Assembly (NCBI GenBank): GCA_963697335.1
Contig: CAVONQ010000006.1
Coordinates: forward strand, 1 to 64,000
DNA from: an uncultured cyanobacterium
Lineage (GTDB): Bacteria > Cyanobacteriota > Cyanobacteriia > PCC-6307 > Cyanobiaceae
DNA length: 64,000 nt
Direction of reading: 5' to 3'
The position numbers and the translations under genes are program-made. Of this stretch, positions 15,320-24,675 are shown piece after piece. The notes under the pieces were generated by a model. It was given only the letters and a program-made list of their open reading frames with translations, was not told the DNA's origin and ran no database searches. Position 1 is the first letter of the stretch. Each line of letters opens with the position of its first letter.

Positions 15320-16441
15320 TCAGGCCTGGTTGGCACCATCGAGTGGGTAGCCCTCGGCGGCCCAGCGGCTCAAGCCGCCGCGGAGGTTGGCGACCTGCTG
15401 GCGGCCGGCCTTGATCAGCTGCTGGGTGGCCAGGGCCGAGCGGCTGCCCGAATGGCAGACCACCACCAGCGGACGATCGACGGGGATCTCCGTGGCGCGG
15501 CTCTCGAGCTCCGGCAGGGGAATCAACAGACTGCCGGCCACGTGGCCATCGGGTCCGTTGAATTCCTCGGTGGAGCGCACGTCGAGCACGGTGACATCGC
15601 CCTGATGGGCAACCACCCAGGCTGGCGTGAGTTCAGGCAGGCCGGCGTAGCTGCGCATCAGAGGTGCCCAGGCTTGCGTGCTGGACGCTTCGCGGGGCTT
15701 GCCGGAGCGCATGTTGCCGGGAAGGGCTTCGGCGATCTTGTGGGGATGGGGGAGCTTCATGTTCTCCATATGGCCCACGAAATCCCGCTCGCTGGCGTTG
15801 CCGCCCAGCCTCACGTTGAAGGCCCTCTCTTCGGCCACGGACGTGACGGCACGGCCGGTGTAATCGTGGCCGGGGTAGAGCAGGCAGCTGTCGGGCAGGG
15901 AGAGGATCTGCTCGTTGATCGAGGTCCAGAGGGTGTGGGCATTGCCCTGCTGGAAGTCGCAGCGGCCGCAGCCCCGCACCAGCAGCGCATCGCCGCTGAA
16001 GGCCATCGACTCGTCATCCAGCACGAAGGTGAGGCACCCCTGGGTGTGGCCTGGGGTGGCGCGCACCTCCATGAAGCGGCCGCCGAAGGCCACCCGATCC
16101 CCATGCACCAGGGGCATGGTGACGTTCTCGGCGCCGGCGGCGGCGGCCAGGCCGATGGCACAGCCGGTGGCCTCGTGCATCAGCCAGCTGCCCGTCACGT
16201 GGTCCGCATGGGCGTGGGTGTCGATCGAGGCCACCAGATCCACGCCCAGCTCGCGGATCAGGGAGAGGTCGCGGCCGTGCTGTTCGAACACGGTGTCGAT
16301 GATCACCCCCTTGCGGCTGGGCACATCGGCCAGCAGGTAGGTGAAGGTGCCGGTGTCGGCATCGAACAACTGCCTGAACAGCAGGGGTGCGCCACCGGCG
16401 GCGGCGGCCAGGGAGAGGGCAGGGGCGGGAGCGACGGCCAT
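15320..16441 (-). CDS. Persulfide dioxygenase (ETHE1-like MBL fold)-rhodanese fusion
   Basis: THAHADHVTG, TPGHT, GCGRCDFQ, YPGHDY; C-terminal rhodanese CHSGSRS. Confidence 0.9.
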   Translation of the reverse strand: MAVAPAPALSLAAAAGGAPLLFRQLFDADTGTFTYLLADVPSRKGVIIDTVFEQHGRDLSLIRELGVDLVASIDTHAHADHVTGSWLMHEATGCAIGLAAAAGAENVTMPLVHGDRVAFGGRFMEVRATPGHTQGCLTFVLDDESMAFSGDALLVRGCGRCDFQQGNAHTLWTSINEQILSLPDSCLLYPGHDYTGRAVTSVAEERAFNVRLGGNASERDFVGHMENMKLPHPHKIAEALPGNMRSGKPREASSTQAWAPLMRSYAGLPELTPAWVVAHQGDVTVLDVRSTEEFNGPDGHVAGSLLIPLPELESRATEIPVDRPLVVVCHSGSRSALATQQLIKAGRQQVANLRGGLSRWAAEGYPLDGANQA

Positions 16442-16722
16442 GGATGATCGATCACTAACTATTATGAGTATAGCCGCATAGAGCGCATCTAGGCAGTGTT
16501 GCCCTGGGCGGCCCTGCTCTTCCGCGCCATGGGATCTGGGCAACGGCGCAGTGATCACGCCCCGGTTTGATGCACCGTCCGCGGAGTCAGCCTGGATCGA
16601 CTGGGCGGTAGTGGTGAGAGCCGTGGGGGCGCGGCTGGACCCTCCCCAGCGGAGACCGACCCTGCACCCGCTCTTCCCAATAACACAGTAGCGTTGAAAG
16701 GTGTTATGTCGTAGTAATCACT

Positions 16723-17262
16723 ATGGGTAGTCCTGTTCAAACGGATGGGGCGGCTCCCCGTCCCGGTTCCTGCTGCTGGCCTGGACCCCTCTTGAGGCCA
16801 GTGTTTGCAACTGTTCTGCTGGCCTTGGCCCTGCTGCTGCTGCCCCTCCAGGCCCAGGCAGCATCCGATGCCCAGCGCTGGAGCCTCACCGACTCCTCGG
16901 GCCATCTCTGGGGCCTGACCCTGTTTGAGCAGCCCGATCCCGCCTACCCAGCCGGCTGGCGCCTGCGCCTGAACGCCCGCTCACCCGGGCAGTCGGTGGA
17001 TCACCAGCGGCCGCTGCTGCTGAGCGATGCGCTCGGCGGCGCCTGGCTGCTGCCGAACCGCAGTGGGGAATTGGTGGTCATCGGAGCGGAGGACATCCCC
17101 GAGGCCTCGGCCCAGTTCGACGCCGACGCCATGGAGCCGAGGCCCAGTGAGGTGCTGCCGCTGCAGCTGCAGGTGCCGACCGACGACCGGGAGGGTACCG
17201 CCTTGGTCACGCTGCAACCCGACGTGGTGCAGGCACTCCATGGGCTGCCGCCGCACCTGTGA
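16723..17262 (+). CDS. DUF3122-like exported protein
   Basis: Signal peptide, SLTDSSGHLWGLTLF...RLRL; start uncertain. Confidence 0.55.
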   Translation: MGSPVQTDGAAPRPGSCCWPGPLLRPVFATVLLALALLLLPLQAQAASDAQRWSLTDSSGHLWGLTLFEQPDPAYPAGWRLRLNARSPGQSVDHQRPLLLSDALGGAWLLPNRSGELVVIGAEDIPEASAQFDADAMEPRPSEVLPLQLQVPTDDREGTALVTLQPDVVQALHGLPPHL

Positions 17263-17284
17263 CATCAACGTGCAAGCTGAAGCC

Positions 17285-17938
17285 ATGAGCTCCCCAACAC
17301 CGCCCCCCAGCACCGATCCGAGCCGCTGGGATCAGCGCTACCGAGAGGGAGGCGACGGCTGGGAACTGGGCCAGCCCGCCCCACCCCTGGCCCAGTTCCT
17401 GAGCAGCCATCCGCTCGCGCCCCGGCCTCCGGGCAGGGTGCTGGTGCCTGGCTGCGGGCGCGGCCATGAGGCCGCCCTGCTCGAAAACCTGGGCTTCTCC
17501 GCCATCGGCCTGGATTTCAGTGGCGAGGCATTGCGCGAGGCCCGCCGGCTCCATGGCGAGGCACGGGTCACCCTGCAGTGGCTGCAGGCCGATCTGTTCG
17601 ACCGGCAGGCCCTGGAGGGAGTTGGTCTGACGTCTGGCAGCCTCGGTGGGATCGTCGAGCACACCTGTTTCTGCGCCATCGATCCCGCCCTGCGGCAGGA
17701 CTACATCGCCACCGCATGCCGCCTGCTGGCTCCTGGAGGCTGGCTGCTGGCACTGTTCTGGTGCCACCGTCAGCAAGGCGGTCCTCCCTGGGGAAGTGAC
17801 CCGGAGCTGGTGGAAGCGCAGCTGCGCCAGGCCGGCCTGGTGGCCGAGCTCTGGGAGCCGGCCACAGGTTCGGTGGACAAGCGCAACAACGAGTGGCTGG
17901 GCCTGTGGCGCCAGCCAACTCAGCCCCCCCTCCTCTGA
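17285..17938 (+). CDS. Thiopurine/thiol S-methyltransferase family
   Basis: WDQRY...WELG.PAPPL, VLVPGCGRGHEA, EHTCFCAIDP, GGPPWG. Confidence 0.9.
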   Translation: MSSPTPPPSTDPSRWDQRYREGGDGWELGQPAPPLAQFLSSHPLAPRPPGRVLVPGCGRGHEAALLENLGFSAIGLDFSGEALREARRLHGEARVTLQWLQADLFDRQALEGVGLTSGSLGGIVEHTCFCAIDPALRQDYIATACRLLAPGGWLLALFWCHRQQGGPPWGSDPELVEAQLRQAGLVAELWEPATGSVDKRNNEWLGLWRQPTQPPLL

Positions 17939-18023
17939 ACCCAGCAGACTTTGCTGAGCCAACTCAACGAACGACTGCAGAAGTGGGGCTTCTCCTGGGA
18001 GGGGCTGGGCTGATCCCTCCTCG

Positions 18024-19019
18024 TCAGGGACTGATGCGTGCCACTGCCTTCTTGGCCTGGTTGAGAATGTTGCCCTCCAGGGGCACATAGCCGAGGCTGG
18101 CGGCCTGATTCTGAGCCGCCGGGCTGAGCAGATGGTTCATCGCCGTGCGGATCGAGTTGGTCTTGGCGCCGTTGCCACGCTGGTAGGCCAGGATCCAGGT
18201 GAGGGTGGAGATCGGGTAGCTGTTGGCGCCCGGGGGGTTGGGATTTTCTCCGGCGAGGTTGCCATCCAGCTTGATGTTGTTCAGCGCCGCCGCACCGCTG
18301 GCGCGGGTGGGCATCACGAACTTGCCGGCCCGGTTCTGCAGCGCCGCTGATTTCAGTTTGCCCTTCACGAAGGCCTGGTTCACATAGCCGATGCTGCCGG
18401 GGGTGTTGGTCAGCACGCCGGCGACGCCCTCATTGCCCTTGCCGCCCAGACCCACGGGCCACTTCACCGCCTTGCCCTCGCCCACCTTGCTCTTCCACTC
18501 TGGTGAGAAGGCACTCAGGGAATTGGTGAAGGCGAAAGTGGTGCCGGAACCGTCGGAGCGATGCACCACGGTGATCTTGCCCTTGCCGCACTTGAGCTGC
18601 TCCCAGGAGGTGATCTTGCCCAGGAAGATATCCACCAGCTGCTTCTGGCTGAGATTCAGCTTGCCGCAGTCGCCCTTGTTGAAGGCCACGGCAATGGTGC
18701 CGCCCACGGCGGGGAACTGCACCACACCCCGCTTCACCTTGGAGGATTCAGAGGATTTGATCGGCTCATCAGTGGCGCCGAAATCCACACTGCCGGCCAC
18801 GAACTGACGCACCCCGGCACCGGAGCCCACGGACTGATAGTTGACGCGTACCTTGCTGGCCACACCCGCGAAGGCACGCTGGTAGAACGGCGCCGGGAAG
18901 CTGGCACCGGCACCGCTGATGGTGGCCTGGGCCAGGGAGGGGTCGGTGATGGCGGTGACTGCAGCCAGGCTGACAGCCGTGGCACCAATGGCGATGAAGG
19001 CCTTCTTGGCGAAGGTCAT
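18024..19019 (-). CDS. pstS: Phosphate ABC transporter substrate-binding protein
   Basis: GAGASFPAP, YQSVGSGAG, DFGATD, HRSDGSGTT, GKGNEGV. Confidence 0.95.
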   Translation of the reverse strand: MTFAKKAFIAIGATAVSLAAVTAITDPSLAQATISGAGASFPAPFYQRAFAGVASKVRVNYQSVGSGAGVRQFVAGSVDFGATDEPIKSSESSKVKRGVVQFPAVGGTIAVAFNKGDCGKLNLSQKQLVDIFLGKITSWEQLKCGKGKITVVHRSDGSGTTFAFTNSLSAFSPEWKSKVGEGKAVKWPVGLGGKGNEGVAGVLTNTPGSIGYVNQAFVKGKLKSAALQNRAGKFVMPTRASGAAALNNIKLDGNLAGENPNPPGANSYPISTLTWILAYQRGNGAKTNSIRTAMNHLLSPAAQNQAASLGYVPLEGNILNQAKKAVARISP

Positions 19020-19068
19020 GGGTTGGGGGTGGAAGTCCTCCCTTTACTAACCGCGCGAACTGGCGAGC

Positions 19069-19098
19069 TCTTTATCCCCTGATTAACGACTGGTCAAG
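19069..19098 (-). promoter_or_regulatory. Putative Pho box (SphR/PhoB site) for pstS
   Basis: Minus strand CTTGACCA-gtc-GTTAATCA-ggg-GATAAAGA, 11-bp period, resembling cyanobacterial YTTAAYYW repeats. Confidence 0.5.
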
Positions 19099-19908
19099 GC
19101 TTGGGGGTATGCCGAGATTCAGGGCTTCGAGGCGCTGGCGTTGGGCAAACACGTCGGCGGGGGAGCCCTCCAGCACCAGCCGCCCCCGCTCGATCACGAA
19201 CAGCCAGTCGGCCCAGCGATTCAGAAACTCCATGTCGTGGCTGGCCACCAGGATTGTGGTGCCTGCAGCGTGGATGCGCTGCAACTGGCGCAGCAGGGCG
19301 CGGCCATGGCCCGGGCTCAGATAGGCGGTGGGCTCATCGAGCAGCAGCAACTCGGGTTCGAGCACCATCACATCGGCCAGGGAGAGGGTTTTTTTCTGGC
19401 CCATGCTGAGCATGTGGGTGGGACGCTCCAGCAACGCCTCCAACCCGAAGTTCTCCACCGCCTGCTGGATCCGGCGGCGGATTTCACCTTCCTCCAGACC
19501 GAGATTCACCAGGCCGAAGGAGAGGTCCTCCTCCACGGTGGTGGCCACCAGCTGATGGTCCGGGCTCTGAAACACGAGCCCCACCTGCTGCCGCAGCCTG
19601 CGCAGCGATCGGCGGTCGTAGCGGATCGGCGTATCCCGCCAGTGGAGCTGGCCCTGCTGGGGCCTGAGCAGGCCATTGGCCAGCAGGAACAGGGTGGTTT
19701 TACCGCAGCCGTTATCGCCGATCAGGCCGCAGCGTGAGCCCGGGGGCACCTCCAGGCTGAGGCCGTCGATGGCCGGCTCGATCGCGCAGGGATAGCGGAA
19801 GCCCACGGCCTCGAAACGCAGCAGGGCTGCGGCCGGCTTGCCACCGCCAGGCTGGCTGGATGGGCTCAACGCCCCAGCCCCAGGGAGAGGGCACCGAGCA
19901 GGGCACAA
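19072..19908 (-). CDS. cbiO: ECF cobalt transporter ATPase
   Basis: GDNGCGKTT, LSMGQKK, LLLDEPT; operon context; start uncertain. Confidence 0.9.
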   Translation of the reverse strand: MCPARCPLPGAGALSPSSQPGGGKPAAALLRFEAVGFRYPCAIEPAIDGLSLEVPPGSRCGLIGDNGCGKTTLFLLANGLLRPQQGQLHWRDTPIRYDRRSLRRLRQQVGLVFQSPDHQLVATTVEEDLSFGLVNLGLEEGEIRRRIQQAVENFGLEALLERPTHMLSMGQKKTLSLADVMVLEPELLLLDEPTAYLSPGHGRALLRQLQRIHAAGTTILVASHDMEFLNRWADWLFVIERGRLVLEGSPADVFAQRQRLEALNLGIPPSLDQSLIRG

Positions 19909-20672
19909 CCGGCGATCGCTTCTCCCTGGTAGCGCGGCGAGCTCCGGTGGTGCTCGCCGCCCAGCACCCGCAGGCCGCCGTTGAAGCCCCGGGCAGCCAG
20001 GCCCATGGCGAAGCCCCGGTAGGTGGCCAGGGAGCGATGCAGCAGCTGGCCCACCAGCAGGCCCAGTCCCTGCAGCTGCCCCTTCCAGCCGCGAAGTCCC
20101 GCCCGGGCCTGCTGGGCCACCCAGAGCTCGTTGGCGCTGGCCATCAGGCTGAAGATGAATCCATAGGTGAGCACCAGCAGCTCCAGCAGCAGGGGCGGCA
20201 GCCGCAGGTGACGCAGTACCCCGATCAGTTCAGTGAAGGGGGTGGTGAGCAGCGCGAACATCAGACAGCTGCTGGCGGCCACAGAGCGGCTGACCAGCAG
20301 CGCGGCCTGCCCCATCCCCTGCTGGCTCACGTACACCATCCAGCCTCCGCCCAACGGCTGGGCCAGCCCCTGCCACACGTCTCCCCGGGCGGTGGCGGCG
20401 AAGGCGTCGAGCGGCAGCGCCTGCAGCACCAGGGCCGGCAGGCTGGCGATGGCGAACCCCAACGGCAGCAGCAGCAGCGGCAGATACAGCCGCGCCGGGA
20501 TCGCGGCGTAGATCACCACCCACACCCCCAGCCAGAGGCTGATCAGGCCCTGAACAAGCGGGGGCGCCACCAGTCCCAGCAGCAGCAGCACCGCCGCAAA
20601 GGCCAATTTCTGCTCCGGGGGCAACCAGCGCAGCCGGTTGCCGTAGGCCAGGGCGTCAATCCGGTGACCCAT
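19866..20672 (-). CDS. cbiQ: ECF cobalt transporter T component
   Basis: IDALAYGNRLR, TTPF, ARAG/ARGF motifs. Confidence 0.9.
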   Translation of the reverse strand: MGHRIDALAYGNRLRWLPPEQKLAFAAVLLLLGLVAPPLVQGLISLWLGVWVVIYAAIPARLYLPLLLLPLGFAIASLPALVLQALPLDAFAATARGDVWQGLAQPLGGGWMVYVSQQGMGQAALLVSRSVAASSCLMFALLTTPFTELIGVLRHLRLPPLLLELLVLTYGFIFSLMASANELWVAQQARAGLRGWKGQLQGLGLLVGQLLHRSLATYRGFAMGLAARGFNGGLRVLGGEHHRSSPRYQGEAIAGCALLGALSLGLGR

Positions 20673-20967
20673 CGCTCCCCTTCAGAGCGCGTCCCCTGTA
20701 GAGCCCGATCACGTAGCCGATCACGCCGGCGCCGAGGGCCGCCTGACTGGCGAACAGCAGGCTTTCCACCTCGCCGCTGGGCAACGCCACCACGGCGTTG
20801 AACCAGGGCTTGTAGCTGGGCTTGATCTCGCTGATCGCCTCCATGCCCTGGCCGTCGGCGCCGGAGAAGTCGCCGCGCACGAACAGCACGGGCAGCGCGC
20901 TCAGCGCTACCACGGCGAGCACCAGCAGCCAGTTGCCCTGGGGGCGTTGCTTTCCAGAATGGGTCAT
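20656..20967 (-). CDS. cbiN: Cobalt transport protein CbiN
   Basis: FSGADG, YKPWF...PSGEVESLLFASQAALGAG. Confidence 0.9.
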   Translation of the reverse strand: MTHSGKQRPQGNWLLVLAVVALSALPVLFVRGDFSGADGQGMEAISEIKPSYKPWFNAVVALPSGEVESLLFASQAALGAGVIGYVIGLYRGRALKGSDGSPD

Positions 20968-20971
20968 GGGG

Positions 20972-21730
20972 TCAGCTCTCCTGGTGGAGCAGGCGGAGGG
21001 TCTGGAGCTCGGGCTGGCCGTAGGACTGCAGCCAGTTCCACACCAGCACGGTGAGCAGGCCTTCGGTGATGGACAGGGGAATCTGGGTGATCGCGAAGAT
21101 GCCGGCGAATTTCAGGAACGAGGCCACCACCCCACCGCTGGCGGCGGGGAAGGCGATCGCCAGCTGGGCCGCCGTGACCACGTAGGTGGCCAGATTGGCC
21201 AGGGCGGCGGCGGCGAAGACCGCCAGGCGCCCGCGGCCGGCGCCGTTGAAGATCTGAAAGGCGCCCCAGGCCACGTATGGCCCCACGATCGCCATCGAGA
21301 CGATGTTCGCCCCCAGGGTGGTGAGCCCGCCGTGGGCCAGCAGCAGCGCCTGGAACAGCAGCACGATGCTGCCGATCACGGTCATCACCGTGGGCCCGAA
21401 CAGGATCGCGCCCAGGCCGGTTCCGGTGGGGTGGGAGCAGCTGCCGGTGACGGAGGGGATCTTCAGGGCTGAGAGCACGAAGGTGAAGGCAGCGGCCAGG
21501 GCCAGCAGCAGCTTCAGGTCCGGATGGCTGCGGGTGATGCGCGTCAGCGACCGCAGACCCACCGCCAGGAAGGGCACCGAGATCATCCACCAGGCCACGG
21601 CCCACGGCAGCGGCAGGAAGCCCTCGGCGATGTGCATCGCCTGGGCCGGGGCAGGCGCTAACAGAACAAGGCAAAAACTGAGCGCAGCCATCAACGAGAG
21701 GCTGGCCAGCTTTGCTGGCGTGGTCTTCAC
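20972..21730 (-). CDS. cbiM: Cobalt ECF S component CbiM with signal peptide
   Basis: AQA|MHIAEGFLP, GSCSHPTGTGL, LLAHGGLTTLGAN. Confidence 0.95.
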   Translation of the reverse strand: MKTTPAKLASLSLMAALSFCLVLLAPAPAQAMHIAEGFLPLPWAVAWWMISVPFLAVGLRSLTRITRSHPDLKLLLALAAAFTFVLSALKIPSVTGSCSHPTGTGLGAILFGPTVMTVIGSIVLLFQALLLAHGGLTTLGANIVSMAIVGPYVAWGAFQIFNGAGRGRLAVFAAAALANLATYVVTAAQLAIAFPAASGGVVASFLKFAGIFAITQIPLSITEGLLTVLVWNWLQSYGQPELQTLRLLHQES

Positions 21731-21762
21731 TCTGTACCTCGCAGGTAAGACGGTTGAGTTGT

Positions 21763-21890
21763 CAATAACGGCAGGTGTTCTGACTGATCAGAGTCCTGGG
21801 ACCCCGAAACACAGTTGCGGGACAGCGGCCGATTTCAACGGCACTTTCCCTGTTGCCTCCGGCGGCTGAATCCCGCCGGAACCGTCATCA
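21763..21890 (-). ncRNA. Cobalamin riboswitch
   Basis: Minus strand GACGGTTCC...AACAGGGAAAGTGCCGTTGAAATCGGCCGCTGTCCCGCAACTGTG...AGTCAGAACACCTGCCGT (B12 box) upstream of cbiM. Confidence 0.9.
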
Positions 21891-21969
21891 GGCCGAGCAT
21901 AGCCCCGGCTCCTGAGCCCCTTCATGCACCGTTTCAGTAGCCTGAAAAGCCTCCGTGTTCCCCCCGTCC

Positions 21970-22221
21970 ATGGATTTTTTCGAGGTGCTTTGGCACGGCG
22001 AGGGCATTGGTGATGGCGGCGATCTGGAGGAGGCCCTGATGGCCTATGCCCTGGTGAAGCCCGACGACGGCGACTGGGTCGCCGCCTGCAGCGCCCCCGG
22101 CGCCGATCCCAGCATCCGCCGCTACGCCTCCTTTGACGCCTTCCTCGACAATGCCGATGAGCTGGAGACGATTCCGGTCACGGCGGCGATGATCGAGGCC
22201 TGTCTGGCGCAGCTGCCCTGA
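21970..22221 (+). CDS. Small acidic hypothetical protein
   Basis: 83-aa ORF with strong GC3 codon bias. Confidence 0.7.
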   Translation: MDFFEVLWHGEGIGDGGDLEEALMAYALVKPDDGDWVAACSAPGADPSIRRYASFDAFLDNADELETIPVTAAMIEACLAQLP

Positions 22222-22247
22222 GTGCCGCCCCCGGGGCGATTCCGCCG

Positions 22248-23534
22248 TCACTGCGCCAGCACCAGCGGGATCGCCTCCAGCCGCGTGGTGGCGGCCCGGG
22301 AGAGCCTGTCGCGGCGCATGGCCCAGGGCGGTTGCAGCCCGCAGGCGGCCCACTGCACGGTGCCGCGGCCGTAGCGGCGGTTGAGCCGGTCCACGGCGGC
22401 CATCAGGGCGGCGCGGCGCTGCTGCTGCTCCGGCGGCAGCGGTTGCAGCAGGTGGTGTTGCAGCAGCTCCTCGCCCTGCAGCTGCAGCAGCAGCACGCCC
22501 GCCTTCTGCAGCGGGTGCTGGGGTCGGAACAGGGCCTCGGCCAGGGGCAGGGCCGCCGCCAGCAGCACGGCGGTGTCCTGACTGGGCAGCGCCAGGGTGA
22601 GGGTGGCGCTGTTGCTGTAGAAGCTGGTGCCGTTGAACGGGTTGCTGCGCACGAACACGCTCAAGGCCCCGGCCCGCTGCCGTTGGCGGCGCAGCTTCTC
22701 GGCCGCCCGCACCGTGTAGGTGGCCACCGCCTGGCGCAGTTGCGCAGCCGTGCGCACCGGCTGGCTGAAGCTGCGACTCACACAGGTTTCCTGCTTCGGC
22801 GGTGGCACCAGGGTGAGCGGCAGGCAGCGGTGGCCCCGCAGCTCCTGCTGCAGCCGCAGGCCCACCACGCCGCACTTCTGGCGCAGCTCACCACTCGGCA
22901 TGTCGCGCAGGGCGAGGGCATGGGCGACGCCCCGCAGCCGGCACCAGCGGGCCAGGCGCCGGCCGATGCCCCACACGTCTTCGATCGCCACCTGCTCCAG
23001 CCAGGGGGAGGGGTCGCTGCAGGCCCCCAGGTCGAACACGTGTCCGTGGGCCGGCTGCCCCTTGGCGAGGCGGTTGGCCAGCTTGGCCAGCACCTTGGTG
23101 GGGGCGAGGCCCACCGCCACCGGCAGCCCCAGCTCCCGCTGCACGGTCTGCCGCAGCTCCAGGCCCCAGGCGGTGAGATCGCTGCCCGGCGGCCGGGGCA
23201 GCAGGCCGAAGGCCTCGTCGATCGAGTAGATCTCCAGCTCCTCCACCCAGCGCTCCAGGGTGGCCATCAGCCGCTGGCTCATGTCGGCGTAGAGGGCGTA
23301 GTTGGAGCTGCGCACCACCACGCCGAGGCGCTCCAGCTGGCGCTGCACCTGGAAGTAGGGCTGGCCCATGGCGATGCCGAGCCGCCTGGCCTCGGCGCTG
23401 CGCGACACGATGCAGCCGTCGTTGTTGGAGAGCACCACCAGGGGCCGCCCCAGCAGGGCGGGCTCCAGCACCGCCTCGCAGGAGGCATAGAAGTTGTTGC
23501 CATCGATCAGGGCGATGGCCGTGCTGGCCGGCAT
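22248..23534 (-). CDS. umuC: Y-family DNA polymerase V catalytic subunit
   Basis: [39 protein letters not shown]. Confidence 0.95.
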   Translation of the reverse strand: MPASTAIALIDGNNFYASCEAVLEPALLGRPLVVLSNNDGCIVSRSAEARRLGIAMGQPYFQVQRQLERLGVVVRSSNYALYADMSQRLMATLERWVEELEIYSIDEAFGLLPRPPGSDLTAWGLELRQTVQRELGLPVAVGLAPTKVLAKLANRLAKGQPAHGHVFDLGACSDPSPWLEQVAIEDVWGIGRRLARWCRLRGVAHALALRDMPSGELRQKCGVVGLRLQQELRGHRCLPLTLVPPPKQETCVSRSFSQPVRTAAQLRQAVATYTVRAAEKLRRQRQRAGALSVFVRSNPFNGTSFYSNSATLTLALPSQDTAVLLAAALPLAEALFRPQHPLQKAGVLLLQLQGEELLQHHLLQPLPPEQQQRRAALMAAVDRLNRRYGRGTVQWAACGLQPPWAMRRDRLSRAATTRLEAIPLVLAQ

Positions 23535-23543
23535 GGGACCCCC

Positions 23544-23915
23544 TCAGCAGCCGCGGATCACATGGGTGGCCACCCCCCAGATGCGGGCGTCGTGGTGGTG
23601 CAGCGGCAGGGACGGGTAGGCGGGATGGGCCGCCTCCAGCCACTGCCGGGCTCCGTGACCGGCCAGGCGTTTCACGGTGAAACCGCCATCGAGCAGGGCC
23701 ACCACCACCAGCCCCGCCCGCGGCTCGAGCTGCCGGTCCACCACCAGCAGGTCGCCGTGGTGGATGCCGGCACCGCGCATCGAGTCGCCGGCCACCCGCA
23801 GCAGCAGGGTGGCGCCGGGGTGGGGCACCAGCAGGCGCTGCAGGTTGAGGCCTGGCTGGCCGTTGTCCTGGCCTCTGGCGTGGGCGCTGCGGCGGCGCCC
23901 GGGGATGTCGGCCAC
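23544..23915 (-). CDS. umuD: UmuD-like S24 peptidase
   Basis: [22 protein letters not shown]...FTVKRL...IWGV; start chosen as the GTG downstream of the LexA box. Confidence 0.85.
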   Translation of the reverse strand: MADIPGRRRSAHARGQDNGQPGLNLQRLLVPHPGATLLLRVAGDSMRGAGIHHGDLLVVDRQLEPRAGLVVVALLDGGFTVKRLAGHGARQWLEAAHPAYPSLPLHHHDARIWGVATHVIRGC

Positions 23916-23941
23916 GCCGTGGGGATCGTCGAGCCCCAGAG

Positions 23942-23957
23942 TAGTACAGATGAACTG
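23942..23957. promoter_or_regulatory. LexA (SOS) box
   Basis: TAGTACAGATGAACTG, close to cyanobacterial AGTAC-N4-GTWC consensus, just upstream of umuD. Confidence 0.65.
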
Positions 23958-24033
23958 GCCGGGTTCGATGCCAGGAGCGCGGTTTTCCATACCATGGGCC
24001 CAACACCGCAGCCGATCAACGGTGGCCACGGGG

Positions 24034-24675
24034 ATGGGCGCAACCACGGTGAGGCTGGGCACGGCGGCGGCGGGGCTGCTGCTGGTGCTGTTCCTGGTGG
24101 TGCATCTGGCCGGCGTGTTGCCGGCGGTGCTGGCGCCGCAGCGCTTCGAGGCCTATGCGGCCGGGCTGCATCGCGCCGCCTGGCTGCCCCTGGTGGAGCT
24201 GGCCCTGCTGGCGGCGGCGCTGCTGCACCTGGGCCTGGGGCTGGCCAAGGCCATCGCCAACCGCCGTGCCGGCAACAGCGCCAGCCTCAGCAGCCGTCGC
24301 GGCCAGCCGCTGGCGGCCCTGGCGGCCCGCAGCCAGGCCATCGGCGGCGTGGGGCTGCTGCTGTTCCTGGCGGTGCATCTGGGCCAGCTGCGCTGGCCGC
24401 GCCCGTCGGAGGGGGCCGAGCGGGCCGCCCTGGAGGCGGTGTTGCGCCAGCCGGCCATGCTGATCCTCTACCTCGCCGCCGCCGCCGCCGTGGGACTGCA
24501 TCTGCTGCATGGATCGGAGGCCGCCCACCGCAGCCTGGGCCTGCTCGATGCCGGCAACGGCCCCCGCATCCGCCTGGGCGGGCGCCTGCTGGCCCTGGTG
24601 GTGGCCACCGGCTTCGCGGCGGTGACCGTGGCGCTGGCCCTCGGCCTGGGGCTGCCTCTGCAGCCGGCGCCATGA
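24034..24675 (+). CDS. sdhC: Succinate dehydrogenase cytochrome b subunit
   Basis: Five hydrophobic helices with His (VVHLAG, LLHL, AVHL, LHLLHG); precedes sdhA. Confidence 0.85.
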   Translation: MGATTVRLGTAAAGLLLVLFLVVHLAGVLPAVLAPQRFEAYAAGLHRAAWLPLVELALLAAALLHLGLGLAKAIANRRAGNSASLSSRRGQPLAALAARSQAIGGVGLLLFLAVHLGQLRWPRPSEGAERAALEAVLRQPAMLILYLAAAAAVGLHLLHGSEAAHRSLGLLDAGNGPRIRLGGRLLALVVATGFAAVTVALALGLGLPLQPAP

